A stretch of 40,532 bases of DNA from a virus. Made by a program: the position numbers and the translations under genes. Positions 8,170 through 17,086 of the stretch are shown here, piece after piece; within the stretch, counting starts at the first letter, position 1, and each line of letters begins with the position of its first letter. Below the pieces are notes generated by a model. That model did not search any database. It saw only the letters and a program-made list of their open reading frames with translations, and was not told where the DNA came from. The DNA lies in IMG/VR virus record IMGVR_UViG_3300010370_000005. One strand, 5' to 3'.

Positions 8170-10500
8170 TTAAGGAAATGAATTTTGAGTAGGGAACATG
8201 TCTATAGGCACGTTCTTCTGAGGCAACAAATTAGGATTGCTGAGTTGCTTGAAAGTAAAAAACACCTGCTTGCCTTGCTTATCGATAACTGGCTCAACAA
8301 CACCGTTAACTTCTACAACAAGTTGTATGGCTCCACCATCGCCCATATTGATCCAGTAACCTTGCTTTGCAATCGTGCCAAGATACTGTTCGTGGCGATA
8401 TTCCGGTTGTTTTGCTAAGGCTGGATTAAATGAACCTGGGGTTTGAATTTGAACGTATTGGCCAAGTAGTTTTGGATCTTTACGCAAACGATCTGCATTG
8501 GTGTGCACGACCTTTGGACTATAGACTTCTTGTGCGGTTGTGCCAACTCTAGGTTTTGGTATGACATACGTGCCGCCATCAATGTCGTAACCCTCTGAAA
8601 GAATCGCAAAATTCTTTTTCAACAAGTCTTGCGGGTTGCCACCACCTTTATTGACTAATTCAGTGGCGGTCATTCTGACAGCAAGGTTTCGCATTGAATC
8701 AAAAAACTCCAAGCGCTGCGGTAAGTTTCCTGTCAATGCACGACGATATTGCTCGCCAATGCGAATAGACGTAGCTTCAAGGTCGGCATAACTTGTGCCT
8801 GAACTTTTTAAGTTGCCTAGGTTTTCGCGCAGAGTCTTGGTGTTTGACGTCAAAGCATTGATGATCTTAGGTTCAGCAGCTGTTCCCATGGCCTGCATTG
8901 CCCAGAAGTACTCAGGGGGCAATGGGTTAGGGCCGGTTTGCAATTGCCTAAAAACAATTTGCAACTGACCCATGTACTTGCCATCTTTACCGGCGTAACG
9001 TTCAGACATGCTTCTCAAGCGTATGCCCAAGTCTTGCGGACTGGCGCCCAACAAATAACTTTTTTCGTTTTCTACTTCGGCTTGACTCAAGACCTTAAGC
9101 TCATGTTGAGGCACGCCGTCTTTCATTTGAAGTGCAAGAACAGAATTTCTTGCTTCTCCAACATTGCCGTTCTTTGCTTGTTGCTGCACAGCGGGATTTT
9201 GCATCCAATAAGCAACTTGATCTCGAGAGCGCTGTTCAAGAATGCCATTAGCAACTGTGGCAACCTCATTTCTAATCCTTGCCTCGTCAGCTGCGTTTTC
9301 GCCACTCACCTGAATGTTCTTGACAAAAGGAGCAATGTCAGCCGTTTTCATGTTGGCTAATCCTTGCGTAAGACTGTGCACCTTCTTGGCTACGGTAATT
9401 TCACTCCAAGCTTTGTCAACTAGGATCTTTGAACGATCAACGTCTCTAGGATCTGTTTGGTCTGTTACGGCGGCAATAGCGGCTCTCAACGAGTCCTTAT
9501 CTTTAAACTGAGGAAGACCTACGCCTGTTGACCTAATAGAGGCAACGCTGTCTTCAATCGCGGTTTCTACTTTAAATTTTTCGTAGCCTAAAACCGTGTC
9601 CTTACTTGTCTTTGAAGAATTGAGCAACCTAGCATATTGATCACCAGTAAAGCCATACAGCTTTTCTAACTTAAATTTACCTTCAGGTGTTTCAGTTAAA
9701 GAACGCAAAGCAGCGTGTGCTGATTTTGGATCATCAGCAATCATGCGCATGAAAGCAACCTCAGCAATCTTGTTAAGGTTTTCCTTTGCTTTTTGTGTTG
9801 TCCCAGGGCGGACAACTCCAATGTACTTATCTAATCCTTCTGGTTTTACGCCAAGAGCTGCTAGACCCTTAAGACCTTCGGGTACCTTGTCTGCTGGCAT
9901 GTCTCCTAAAGCAACACGCCACATCATCATCGTGCTGTCTAGCTGCAGAGGATCGCGTGAAACAAGAGTAGCAGATTTTTCAAGTCCATCTGAAAGAGCT
10001 AATTCAGACGCCTGTACTCGAAACCGACTTTCTGTCTCAATGGCTCGACCAAGTGCAAACGTCGTAAAGTCAGCAGAAAACTTTTCGTACTCGTTGTCAA
10101 AATACTTGTTTGAGCCTGGTTTGCTGGTGTCGTTTTTGCTTAGTATCCTTGCCACCATGGCTCTTGTCTGATTGACGAGGGTCTTTCCATCAGCCTCATT
10201 AAGACTTAAGCCTTTGTAAAAATTGACGTTTTGCTCCTCTTGGTTAGACAGTTGCTCAAATTCCTCAAGAAACTGTTGGTTAGCTCCAGCAGAAGCAACT
10301 GCCATATCTAAGGTGGCAGTTTCTCGTTGATTCTGATCCCACCATTTAAAGGCAGTACCTGCTGCTTCCTGCACATCCTTACCTGCTTGAATAGTGCCAC
10401 GAGCTCCAAGAGTAAAAGCATCCCTATCCCTCGCATCAAGACCTTGCTGGTATGCTGTGGGAAGTGTGCCGCGTTTTTCGTAGGTAGGTATTCTTGGCAT
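8170..10500 (-). CDS. Internal virion protein in the T7 gp15 position (776 aa)
   Basis: Long ORF between the gp14-like and gp16-like genes. The call rests on synteny only; no catalytic motif was seen. Confidence 0.55.
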   Translation of the reverse strand: MPRIPTYEKRGTLPTAYQQGLDARDRDAFTLGARGTIQAGKDVQEAAGTAFKWWDQNQRETATLDMAVASAGANQQFLEEFEQLSNQEEQNVNFYKGLSLNEADGKTLVNQTRAMVARILSKNDTSKPGSNKYFDNEYEKFSADFTTFALGRAIETESRFRVQASELALSDGLEKSATLVSRDPLQLDSTMMMWRVALGDMPADKVPEGLKGLAALGVKPEGLDKYIGVVRPGTTQKAKENLNKIAEVAFMRMIADDPKSAHAALRSLTETPEGKFKLEKLYGFTGDQYARLLNSSKTSKDTVLGYEKFKVETAIEDSVASIRSTGVGLPQFKDKDSLRAAIAAVTDQTDPRDVDRSKILVDKAWSEITVAKKVHSLTQGLANMKTADIAPFVKNIQVSGENAADEARIRNEVATVANGILEQRSRDQVAYWMQNPAVQQQAKNGNVGEARNSVLALQMKDGVPQHELKVLSQAEVENEKSYLLGASPQDLGIRLRSMSERYAGKDGKYMGQLQIVFRQLQTGPNPLPPEYFWAMQAMGTAAEPKIINALTSNTKTLRENLGNLKSSGTSYADLEATSIRIGEQYRRALTGNLPQRLEFFDSMRNLAVRMTATELVNKGGGNPQDLLKKNFAILSEGYDIDGGTYVIPKPRVGTTAQEVYSPKVVHTNADRLRKDPKLLGQYVQIQTPGSFNPALAKQPEYRHEQYLGTIAKQGYWINMGDGGAIQLVVEVNGVVEPVIDKQGKQVFFTFKQLSNPNLLPQKNVPIDMFPTQNSFP

Positions 10501-10502
10501 AG

Positions 10503-11027
10503 TTAACTCTTAGAAGGTGTTATTTTTCCAGGGGTGACCGTGCCGGTAGGTTTGGACCCCCAAACACCCATTTGTTTGCCCATGTAAGCGGATTGAGCAC
10601 CACCAGAAAGAAGTGTACCCATAGCGCCTGTAACGCCTTGACGATACGCGGCTTCCCCTTGGAATCGAGACCCGGCTGCTTCTGCTTCAAAATTTTGTTT
10701 TTGCAATTGACCACCGTACAAAATAGCCATTTGCTCCATCGTGCCTTGAATGGTCGTATCTTCTTGAAGATCAAGAATGCTACCAGTCATCTGGTAACCG
10801 CTGGCTCCTGCAGCAGCTCGCTGAGAACCAATGATCCTGCGAAGTCGAGAAGCTTCTGCTTCTGCTTCATAAGCCGCTTTTTCTTCGGCAGCCTTGGCAT
10901 TACGCTCCATGATCTGAGCGTTATAGTCAGCCGCCTTTTTAGCGTCTTTACCGGCCTGGTATTGGCCATAGGCCTGCATCGCAGTGCCTGCGACCATGGC
11001 CGATACAATCATGACTTCAACACCCAT
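10503..11027 (-). CDS. Internal virion protein in the T7 gp14 position (174 aa), with an N-terminal hydrophobic segment and an Ala/Gln-rich body
   Basis: The ATG at 11027 lies 7 nt after GAGG; the track start at 11030 is TTG. The sequence MGVEVMIVSAMVAGTAMQAYGQYQAGKDAKK and its size and position match the small inner-core proteins of podoviruses. Confidence 0.55.
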   Translation of the reverse strand: MGVEVMIVSAMVAGTAMQAYGQYQAGKDAKKAADYNAQIMERNAKAAEEKAAYEAEAEASRLRRIIGSQRAAAGASGYQMTGSILDLQEDTTIQGTMEQMAILYGGQLQKQNFEAEAAGSRFQGEAAYRQGVTGAMGTLLSGGAQSAYMGKQMGVWGSKPTGTVTPGKITPSKS

Positions 11028-11436
11028 CAAAGAACCTCACGTATCTGTAGTGGTCTTTCTGATCTGGGCCCCACTGCCGCAGCGTCGATTCTCGCTCGTA
11101 GCCTAACCACTCTAACCAGCGAATTGCCGCTGAAAAATCTGACGGCACGGTCGTTTGAAGTCGATGCAGCTTGAGTTCCCTTCTTAAAAATTCCTGATTT
11201 AACTTTATGTACTTTATACACTGAATTTTGTGGTTCGGAAATAGTGCGGATGGAATCATGTACGATTCGGCCACGCCTTTCCACAAAGGAATGATCCCGG
11301 CAATAGCCAGGGGTTTTCCGTAGTCCACTGCCGTAAACGAAATTGAACTTCGTTCTAGGGCAATCTTGTCCGTGAAAACAGGCCAGAGGGGTTTGATGAA
11401 GTCTAGGTGCCATGGTTCAAATGGTACTACGATCAT
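11017..11436 (-). CDS. GNAT-like (acyl-CoA N-acyltransferase fold) protein in the T7 gp13 position
   Basis: Start refined to MIVVPFEPWHLDF, whose ATG overlaps the upstream TGA (ATGA coupling at 11433-11436). The C-terminal string LHRLQTTVPSDFSAAIRWLEWLGYERESTLRQWGPDQKDHYRYV resembles the RimJ/RimL-type GNAT core. Confidence 0.5.
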   Translation of the reverse strand: MIVVPFEPWHLDFIKPLWPVFTDKIALERSSISFTAVDYGKPLAIAGIIPLWKGVAESYMIPSALFPNHKIQCIKYIKLNQEFLRRELKLHRLQTTVPSDFSAAIRWLEWLGYERESTLRQWGPDQKDHYRYVRFFDGC

Positions 11437-13469
11437 CTCTCTGAAACCGTCATTGCGTACATGATTGCCAGTACGGTGCATGGATGCGGAGTATCAGACT
11501 GCACGAGCAACTCAAACTGTCGTTCAGGAGCATGCTGTACCAATACTCGTTTGTCCCCTGTGAACAACCTAATTGAGCCCATAGGCATAGCACCAGACCG
11601 GAAAGGAATGATCTCTAGGGCTGCTCCGTTGGCACCAAATTTCAAATTAAAGGTGTCTACGAGCCTGAAAGTCACGCGTTCAATGCGACGTATCTTTCCT
11701 TGAGAAGGACCTGTCTGGGTTTGAACCTCAGGGTCGAGGGTACGTACTCGAGCCACGTAAGGAAGACCGACACTTACCTTTGAGGCAGTACGCGCTAAAG
11801 TAATCGAACCTGAGCTAACAACGCGATCTGGATGAACAGCTCCGTCAGCTAGAATTTGAACTGTCTCGCCTTCTAAATGATCCAATCCGGAAAGAACACT
11901 AACGGGAGAACCATCATAACTAATGCCGCTATCAATAAAGAAAGCATCCTCAACCACCATTCCTTTCGCGGTATCAAACGATTTTTCTAAGTATTCAACG
12001 TACTGCACGGTTTGACCGTCAATAGTTCGCTGAACGACTAGGTACAAAACCTCTTCTGATTCGTCATTTTTTGGCACAACAGCAATTTGCTTGACTTGAA
12101 CATTTGTGCCGCCAATGATATGGCGATGCCAAGCAACAACTTCTTGATCTGGCTCGTATGATAAGCAGCGCAGTTCTCCGGTCTGCAGCAACGTCCACAC
12201 CAAGTTGTCAGGAGAACGCGCGTAGGCAATTTGCTTGACGTTGCCAGTAGTAATGTGTTCTGCAAGCAGCGTAAGGTCTACTGAGGTGTAGCCGTCAATG
12301 TTGATGTCGTAAGACAATTCACGTACTTTTAAACGTGAACGGTCAATATACAGGGTAGTTCTACTTGCACCAACAGGGCGTTCGTTGGCAGTGCCGTCAG
12401 TAGTTTCACGAGAGATCGTTGCGTTTGTAGGTGTCAGCGCTTCATAGTTTCGTCCTGCTGACAAGATGAAAGGACCATCTGACGTACCAAGCTGCAAACG
12501 CTTTTCGCCGTAAATCCATCTAATCGCGTTCACCTGGTCAGTTGCCAAGGTTAAATTTAAAGCCGAGTCATCAAGTACTTCTGCCTTGGCGTTACTAGGA
12601 CTGAATGACTTAAAGTCAGAAGTTCGCGTACTCCAAATGGTCGCAGGCTTTGACGCGCTTGCAGCAAAGAATAAACGTTCTTGGAAGAACGCAACTGAGG
12701 TTGGCCAACCAAGAGTATTTGACCAAGCACCTAGTCTCCAATCCTTTGTGGCGTTACCAGCACCAGTAGAGCCAAATGGAAAGTCAGGGTCAACAACGAC
12801 AGTAACAGTTGTTGGGTTTGTGTAGGCAGTAATGGTGCCTGCGCCCCAAACGGCAGGAGAACCATTTTTAAAACGAAACCAGCGCCCAACGTCAGTGGCT
12901 GCAAAAATACCACTGCTTGACGTAATAGTAGCTGTGCCAGTTAAAGCAGACGTGTGTACTGTTACAGTACCTGTGTTCACGTCGTTGTATGGACCATCTT
13001 TGTACAAGTAAAGGTCTAATGACCAGTTAGTAGGTCCTAAACGATTTAATGTTCTTGGTTGATAGTCTTTGTGAACTAGGTAAAGAACGTCGGCAGACTG
13101 AGTGAAATCAAGATTGTCAAGATCGTCTTCTGACCAAGGCGAAATGATCTCGTAAGGAGCCGTGCCTGTTCCATTAAGTAAGACAGATTCATTTCTGTAA
13201 AACCTAATGTAGTAGTGACCAAACTCAAGGATGTATGCTTGTTCAGTTGAAAAGATAAAAGGAATAAGTTTGACCTTGCGGTTGCTAAACTTTACCTCTG
13301 TGATAAAACGCGTACCTGAACGCTTAGTGATGCCGCCGTGAGAGAAGATGATAAAGTTCTCGCAGCGCTCAATTGACGTTGCGTATTTTTGCAAGTCAAC
13401 ACGACCGTACAAACGAGGAGAAATCTCCCCGCCGGTAAAGTTAGTTTGAATTGGCGTTGTACGAGACAT
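11433..13469 (-). CDS. Tail tubular / nozzle protein (T7 gp12 position, 678 aa)
   Basis: The N-terminus TPIQTNFTGGEISPRLYGRVDLQKY...GGITKRSGTRF is a motif I recognise from podovirus tail-tube proteins. The gene follows the adaptor-like gene. Confidence 0.6.
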   Translation of the reverse strand: MSRTTPIQTNFTGGEISPRLYGRVDLQKYATSIERCENFIIFSHGGITKRSGTRFITEVKFSNRKVKLIPFIFSTEQAYILEFGHYYIRFYRNESVLLNGTGTAPYEIISPWSEDDLDNLDFTQSADVLYLVHKDYQPRTLNRLGPTNWSLDLYLYKDGPYNDVNTGTVTVHTSALTGTATITSSSGIFAATDVGRWFRFKNGSPAVWGAGTITAYTNPTTVTVVVDPDFPFGSTGAGNATKDWRLGAWSNTLGWPTSVAFFQERLFFAASASKPATIWSTRTSDFKSFSPSNAKAEVLDDSALNLTLATDQVNAIRWIYGEKRLQLGTSDGPFILSAGRNYEALTPTNATISRETTDGTANERPVGASRTTLYIDRSRLKVRELSYDINIDGYTSVDLTLLAEHITTGNVKQIAYARSPDNLVWTLLQTGELRCLSYEPDQEVVAWHRHIIGGTNVQVKQIAVVPKNDESEEVLYLVVQRTIDGQTVQYVEYLEKSFDTAKGMVVEDAFFIDSGISYDGSPVSVLSGLDHLEGETVQILADGAVHPDRVVSSGSITLARTASKVSVGLPYVARVRTLDPEVQTQTGPSQGKIRRIERVTFRLVDTFNLKFGANGAALEIIPFRSGAMPMGSIRLFTGDKRVLVQHAPERQFELLVQSDTPHPCTVLAIMYAMTVSER

Positions 13470-13472
13470 TGA

Positions 13473-14072
13473 TTACCACCTTGGAGGTACACCTAAACGT
13501 GAATCAGCAATGCCAAATCGACTGTTCAACCAGTAATCGGCATCAAGCACTTCTTGTGAATTTTCTTGAGCATCAACAAACTTGGCTTCGCGCAACTTCA
13601 ACTCATAGAGCTGCCACATCTGTTCCATCGTAGTTGACGACTGCAGCAATGGGTGAGCCATGTCAGCAGCAAGTCTTGCAGCCAAAGCGTCTACAAGTAA
13701 AGTATCATAGCTTGGTACGTCAGTCAACAAAGCGATGTATTTGATTTTCAAGTTGTCTCCGTCGTAAAGAATACGGCGAGATTCAATTGAATAACGACCA
13801 TTGACATCTTCAAGCGTCAACAGCCTTAGAAAATCTGCGGGCAACACAAACTGATATGTGTACTCGTAAGCAGGCGTAGTTACGTCAAGAGGCAAAGCAG
13901 CTCGCCTAATCAAACAGTTCCACGGGTGAGCGCGAAAGACTGCTGCGCGCGAATCATCGTAAAGACGACGAGCCGTTGATGCTGCCTTAGTTGGGTCAGA
14001 CAGGGAGTTGATGGGATCAACACCCAGCAAAGTAAGTGACCTGTTTACGACTTCAATATCTGATGCTGCCAT
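13473..14072 (-). CDS. Head-tail adaptor / tail tubular protein A-like (T7 gp11 position, 199 aa)
   Basis: Size, position after the capsid genes, and the N-terminus IEVVNRSLTLLGVDPINSLSDPTKAAS...FRAHPWNC, which is typical of podovirus adaptor proteins. Confidence 0.55.
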   Translation of the reverse strand: MAASDIEVVNRSLTLLGVDPINSLSDPTKAASTARRLYDDSRAAVFRAHPWNCLIRRAALPLDVTTPAYEYTYQFVLPADFLRLLTLEDVNGRYSIESRRILYDGDNLKIKYIALLTDVPSYDTLLVDALAARLAADMAHPLLQSSTTMEQMWQLYELKLREAKFVDAQENSQEVLDADYWLNSRFGIADSRLGVPPRW

Positions 14073-14086
14073 TTGTATCTCCTAAC

Positions 14087-14123
14087 AAAAACGGGAGACC
14101 GTGCCTTACGGCCCGATCCCCCG
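14087..14123 (-). terminator. Rho-independent terminator downstream of the capsid and decoration-like genes
   Basis: The minus strand reads gcgggggatcgggcc-gtaa-ggcacggtctcccg followed by ttttt. This gives about a 14-bp stem (1 mismatch, 2 G-U pairs), a GNRA loop and a T5 tract. It sits in the 73-bp gap between 14146 and 14072. Confidence 0.75.
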
Positions 14124-14145
14124 CACTACCGGTAACTCCTCTAAC

Positions 14146-14598
14146 TTAGTCGATTGCGTAGAGCACGTAACCGTTCAGAGTAGCTGCGTCAGGAATCGTG
14201 CCGCCAGTAATTGTTGCACGAACAGTCAAACCAGTTTTGCTGGAAATCTTGCTTGTTGCAAAAGAACTGATGGTGCCTGCAGAAGCCACTGAAGTGTTCG
14301 CCATAAACGCGTCGTCATCTGCTGCAACAGCAGCATTTGACAAGTTAGTGTAGCCAGTGTGACCGACTTTAACGACACGAGATGCGCCAAGTGCCGAGCT
14401 AGTAATCACCACACCAAGGATGCGGGTAGTACCACCGGGCAAAGTGCACAAGGTCACGGTATCGCCGTCTGCACCTGCACCTGACTGTGTGAAGTCAAAT
14501 GCACGTACACGTGCGCGACCATGCTCGTCGCAAACGTCGTTCATCGTAGCTGGAGTAGCCTGGGTGTTAGCGTATTGAGTGCTATTTTGATTAGCCAT
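14146..14598 (-). CDS. Capsid-associated protein (possible decoration / minor capsid protein, 150 aa)
   Basis: ORF directly after the major capsid gene and before a strong terminator, with a Gly/Thr/Ser/Ala-rich beta-type composition. The function is inferred from position only. Confidence 0.45.
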   Translation of the reverse strand: MANQNSTQYANTQATPATMNDVCDEHGRARVRAFDFTQSGAGADGDTVTLCTLPGGTTRILGVVITSSALGASRVVKVGHTGYTNLSNAAVAADDDAFMANTSVASAGTISSFATSKISSKTGLTVRATITGGTIPDAATLNGYVLYAID

Positions 14599-14609
14599 GA
14601 CTGTTCTCC

Positions 14610-15494
14610 TTATTCAGCGCAGATGATCTCAACTACCTTCTCTTCTTCCATGCGGGTTGCCCCGAAAGAAGCAGAGACGTAGACTTGAGTAGAGTTGCGC
14701 TTGTCGCGACGAGGACCGATGTCAGTAACAATGTCTTGACCAACGGCGATGAGCAAGCCGGACTGAGCCCAGGCAAGCACACGACGGTGGCTAGAAGCAT
14801 TGGTACGAACCAGTTCAGTGCGAACAAACTCGAACCCCATGAAAGTGTTGATCTCACCTTGCACGAGAGCGCGCACGGTGTTGTAGTCGGCGCTAGACAC
14901 TTCAGTCGTCTTCAGCAAATCAGTGACTTGCTTAGCCGTCATAGCGATATAGCGACGCTCAGTAGGATCAACTTCGTTTTTGTCCATGATTTCCTTGGCT
15001 TTGCGCAACTTAGCAATGGTCAAACCAGAGTTAGTTGTGGCGCCTGACTCAACGTAGTCAACTGCGACTTGCTGAGTGCTAGGGAAAGTCACGGTACTAG
15101 AACCGGTTTTGCCGGTGTACACGGTACCAAAAGCCGCATCGAGAATAACCTCGTCCATCTTACGACCAAGTGCAAAGGCTGCGTTTTGGCTGTAAGGCGA
15201 AGTAGGGTCAATCAACATGCGGATGCGATCAGGACGGTCGATCAGGTCGGCCCAGTCAAAATCGCGCAGCGAAACGCGGCGACGATCATGTGGAACGTTG
15301 ATCAATGGGGTGTCCTGGTGACGGCCAGTGACCTCTTGAGCAGAAGTTGCGCCGATACGATCGTAGAACTCAAACTCACCATTCTGAGTTTCAGTGCGAA
15401 CGAGCGGACGCAAGCGCGAGCCCTTCTGCTGTACGAGGTGTTCTACGTTGGCACGGTACTGCTGTACAAATGCCGTAGTGATTTGAATGGACAT
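14610..15494 (-). CDS. Major capsid protein (HK97-fold type, 294 aa)
   Basis: A strong SD (gaggagg) is present and the gene follows the scaffold gene. The sequence pattern ...FEFYDRIGATSAQEVTGRHQDTPLINVPHDRRRVSLRDFDWADLID..DRIRMLIDPTS.Y...A.ALGRKMDEVILDAAFG is typical of phage major capsid families. Confidence 0.8.
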   Translation of the reverse strand: MSIQITTAFVQQYRANVEHLVQQKGSRLRPLVRTETQNGEFEFYDRIGATSAQEVTGRHQDTPLINVPHDRRRVSLRDFDWADLIDRPDRIRMLIDPTSPYSQNAAFALGRKMDEVILDAAFGTVYTGKTGSSTVTFPSTQQVAVDYVESGATTNSGLTIAKLRKAKEIMDKNEVDPTERRYIAMTAKQVTDLLKTTEVSSADYNTVRALVQGEINTFMGFEFVRTELVRTNASSHRRVLAWAQSGLLIAVGQDIVTDIGPRRDKRNSTQVYVSASFGATRMEEEKVVEIICAE

Positions 15495-15649
15495 TATGTC
15501 CTCCTCATTCAGTTAAAGTTGAAAACACGTTTGCTCGCAGAGGCTGCCCTAAAATCGGACCCCCACATACCCTTTTGGCTAGGCGACACCCACGGACCCT
15601 TTCGGGTTCCCCGTTAATAGGATAATACAGCAAAAACCAGAAAAAGAAA

Positions 15650-15970
15650 CTAGCCCAAACGCTTACTTTTACCCATTCTTTGGTCGTCCTTGACGGTAGT
15701 CAGGTTTTGGTTGACTGTTCCGTAGTCGACCTTCATTTCTCGCTGGACTCGTTTGACGGTGTCATCGACATCGTCGACCTTGGGCTTCTGTTTCAGCCGC
15801 TCAGCAAGAATTTCGGACATAGACTTCTGGACTTCTGACGGCAAAGACGTAGACTTGACAGCGTCTCGGACGATTTTGTCTTTTTTGGGCTCTGACGACG
15901 GCAGACTGTTCGTCAGAATCTGTTGAAGTTCTTCTAGGTCAGAAGGTTTCTTGCCAAGCAGGGTTTTCAT
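15650..15970 (-). CDS. Hypothetical protein (106 aa, Lys/Asp-rich)
   Basis: ORF packed 2 nt after the scaffold gene; no recognisable motif. Confidence 0.5.
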   Translation of the reverse strand: MKTLLGKKPSDLEELQQILTNSLPSSEPKKDKIVRDAVKSTSLPSEVQKSMSEILAERLKQKPKVDDVDDTVKRVQREMKVDYGTVNQNLTTVKDDQRMGKSKRLG

Positions 15971-15972
15971 AG

Positions 15973-16833
15973 TTACTGTGCCTCGTCTGGGTAAGCAAAA
16001 CCAAACAGGTCTTGCATCTTTTTAACAGCTTCAGGGTGCCCGGTGGCTCCGGGAGTCATATAGGCACTCATGAAGTCCTTATCTCGCTGCATGCGAGCAA
16101 TCTCTTGTCGGGCAGAATCCGGAGTCATTGTCCAGCCGCGTGATTGTCCAGGGCTGGCAAGTGATTCTTGCATCTGTTGACCGATATTGGCAAACATCTT
16201 GACAAACATCGGATGGTCTCCGAGACCGGTTTGATCTAGCCACTGCATGAGCTCTTGACCACCAAAGGTTTCAACTGCGCGAACTGCCAGATCAACGCGC
16301 TCGTCAAAAGCGCGGCCAAACTCACGTTTGACTTGGTTTACCCACTCGCCTCGTTGAGCTTCGCCGTTGCTTGTGATCGAGTTATGCTGCTCGCCAACGT
16401 AGCTCATGTACTCTTTAAAGATACCCTCAGCTTGTTTTTGAGTTAATCCGTTTGCGTGGAAAATCTTTTTAAAGCGGTCAAGGGCAGCCGGTTCAAACTC
16501 AACGCCGTCAGGCACTACGCCATTGGGTTCAAGTTTGTAGTTACCATCACCAGGGCGACCTAGTCGCTCGTAGAACATATCCCATTCAGACTGGTCTGAT
16601 GTGTCACCAGGAATAGAGATTTTGTCTTTACCAATCATGCGTTGAGCATGAACATAAGACTTGGCCAAACCGTTTAAATCTTTAATGTCTGCCAGAGTGG
16701 GATCTGCGCGCAACGTATCATCTAAAGAAGCTCGCCAATCCATTGCTGAACCGGCAGAGCTGCCCCCAAAGTTACCTGCACCAGCGTCTCCGCCAGCAGG
16801 AGCCCCCATGGACCCTCCGTTCATATCACTCAT
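15973..16833 (-). CDS. Scaffolding protein (T7 gp9 position, 286 aa)
   Basis: Lies between the portal and capsid genes. It is acidic, has a Gly/Ala-rich N-terminus and a helical composition. Confidence 0.6.
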   Translation of the reverse strand: MSDMNGGSMGAPAGGDAGAGNFGGSSAGSAMDWRASLDDTLRADPTLADIKDLNGLAKSYVHAQRMIGKDKISIPGDTSDQSEWDMFYERLGRPGDGNYKLEPNGVVPDGVEFEPAALDRFKKIFHANGLTQKQAEGIFKEYMSYVGEQHNSITSNGEAQRGEWVNQVKREFGRAFDERVDLAVRAVETFGGQELMQWLDQTGLGDHPMFVKMFANIGQQMQESLASPGQSRGWTMTPDSARQEIARMQRDKDFMSAYMTPGATGHPEAVKKMQDLFGFAYPDEAQ

Positions 16834-17086
16834 TGTTTAACTCCTCGAGTCGTTTCAAAAGTTGCCTTGCGTCTCTTTCCAAAAAACGCAAAATGCTAAG
16901 CACCAAGCGACGCTGACCTTCACGGTGCGCCGTCTCAGTAGGATCACCTGACACGTACGTGGTATCGCCGATGAACCCAACTTTGCAGAGGTGTTCAAGC
17001 ACACGTTCGCCATCAGGCGTGGAAAATATTTTCTTGTAGCTGTCTTGCAGCTCAACGGGATTAAATTGGCGGGGCACCTGGTTCAA
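16826..17086 (-). CDS. Small conserved morphogenesis-module protein (86 aa)
   Basis: The ORF overlaps both neighbours. The motif FSTPDGERVLEHL...GDPTETAHREGQRRLVLSIL resembles a small family I have seen next to podovirus portal genes. Confidence 0.5.
   Translation of the reverse strand: MNQVPRQFNPVELQDSYKKIFSTPDGERVLEHLCKVGFIGDTTYVSGDPTETAHREGQRRLVLSILRFLERDARQLLKRLEELNNE

Noticed and set aside
10572-11174. 200-aa plus-strand ORF
   Set aside because: It is antisense to two well-supported, coupled minus-strand structural genes. Its composition is that of a shadow ORF (Ser/Leu/Arg/Cys-rich) and it has no SD.
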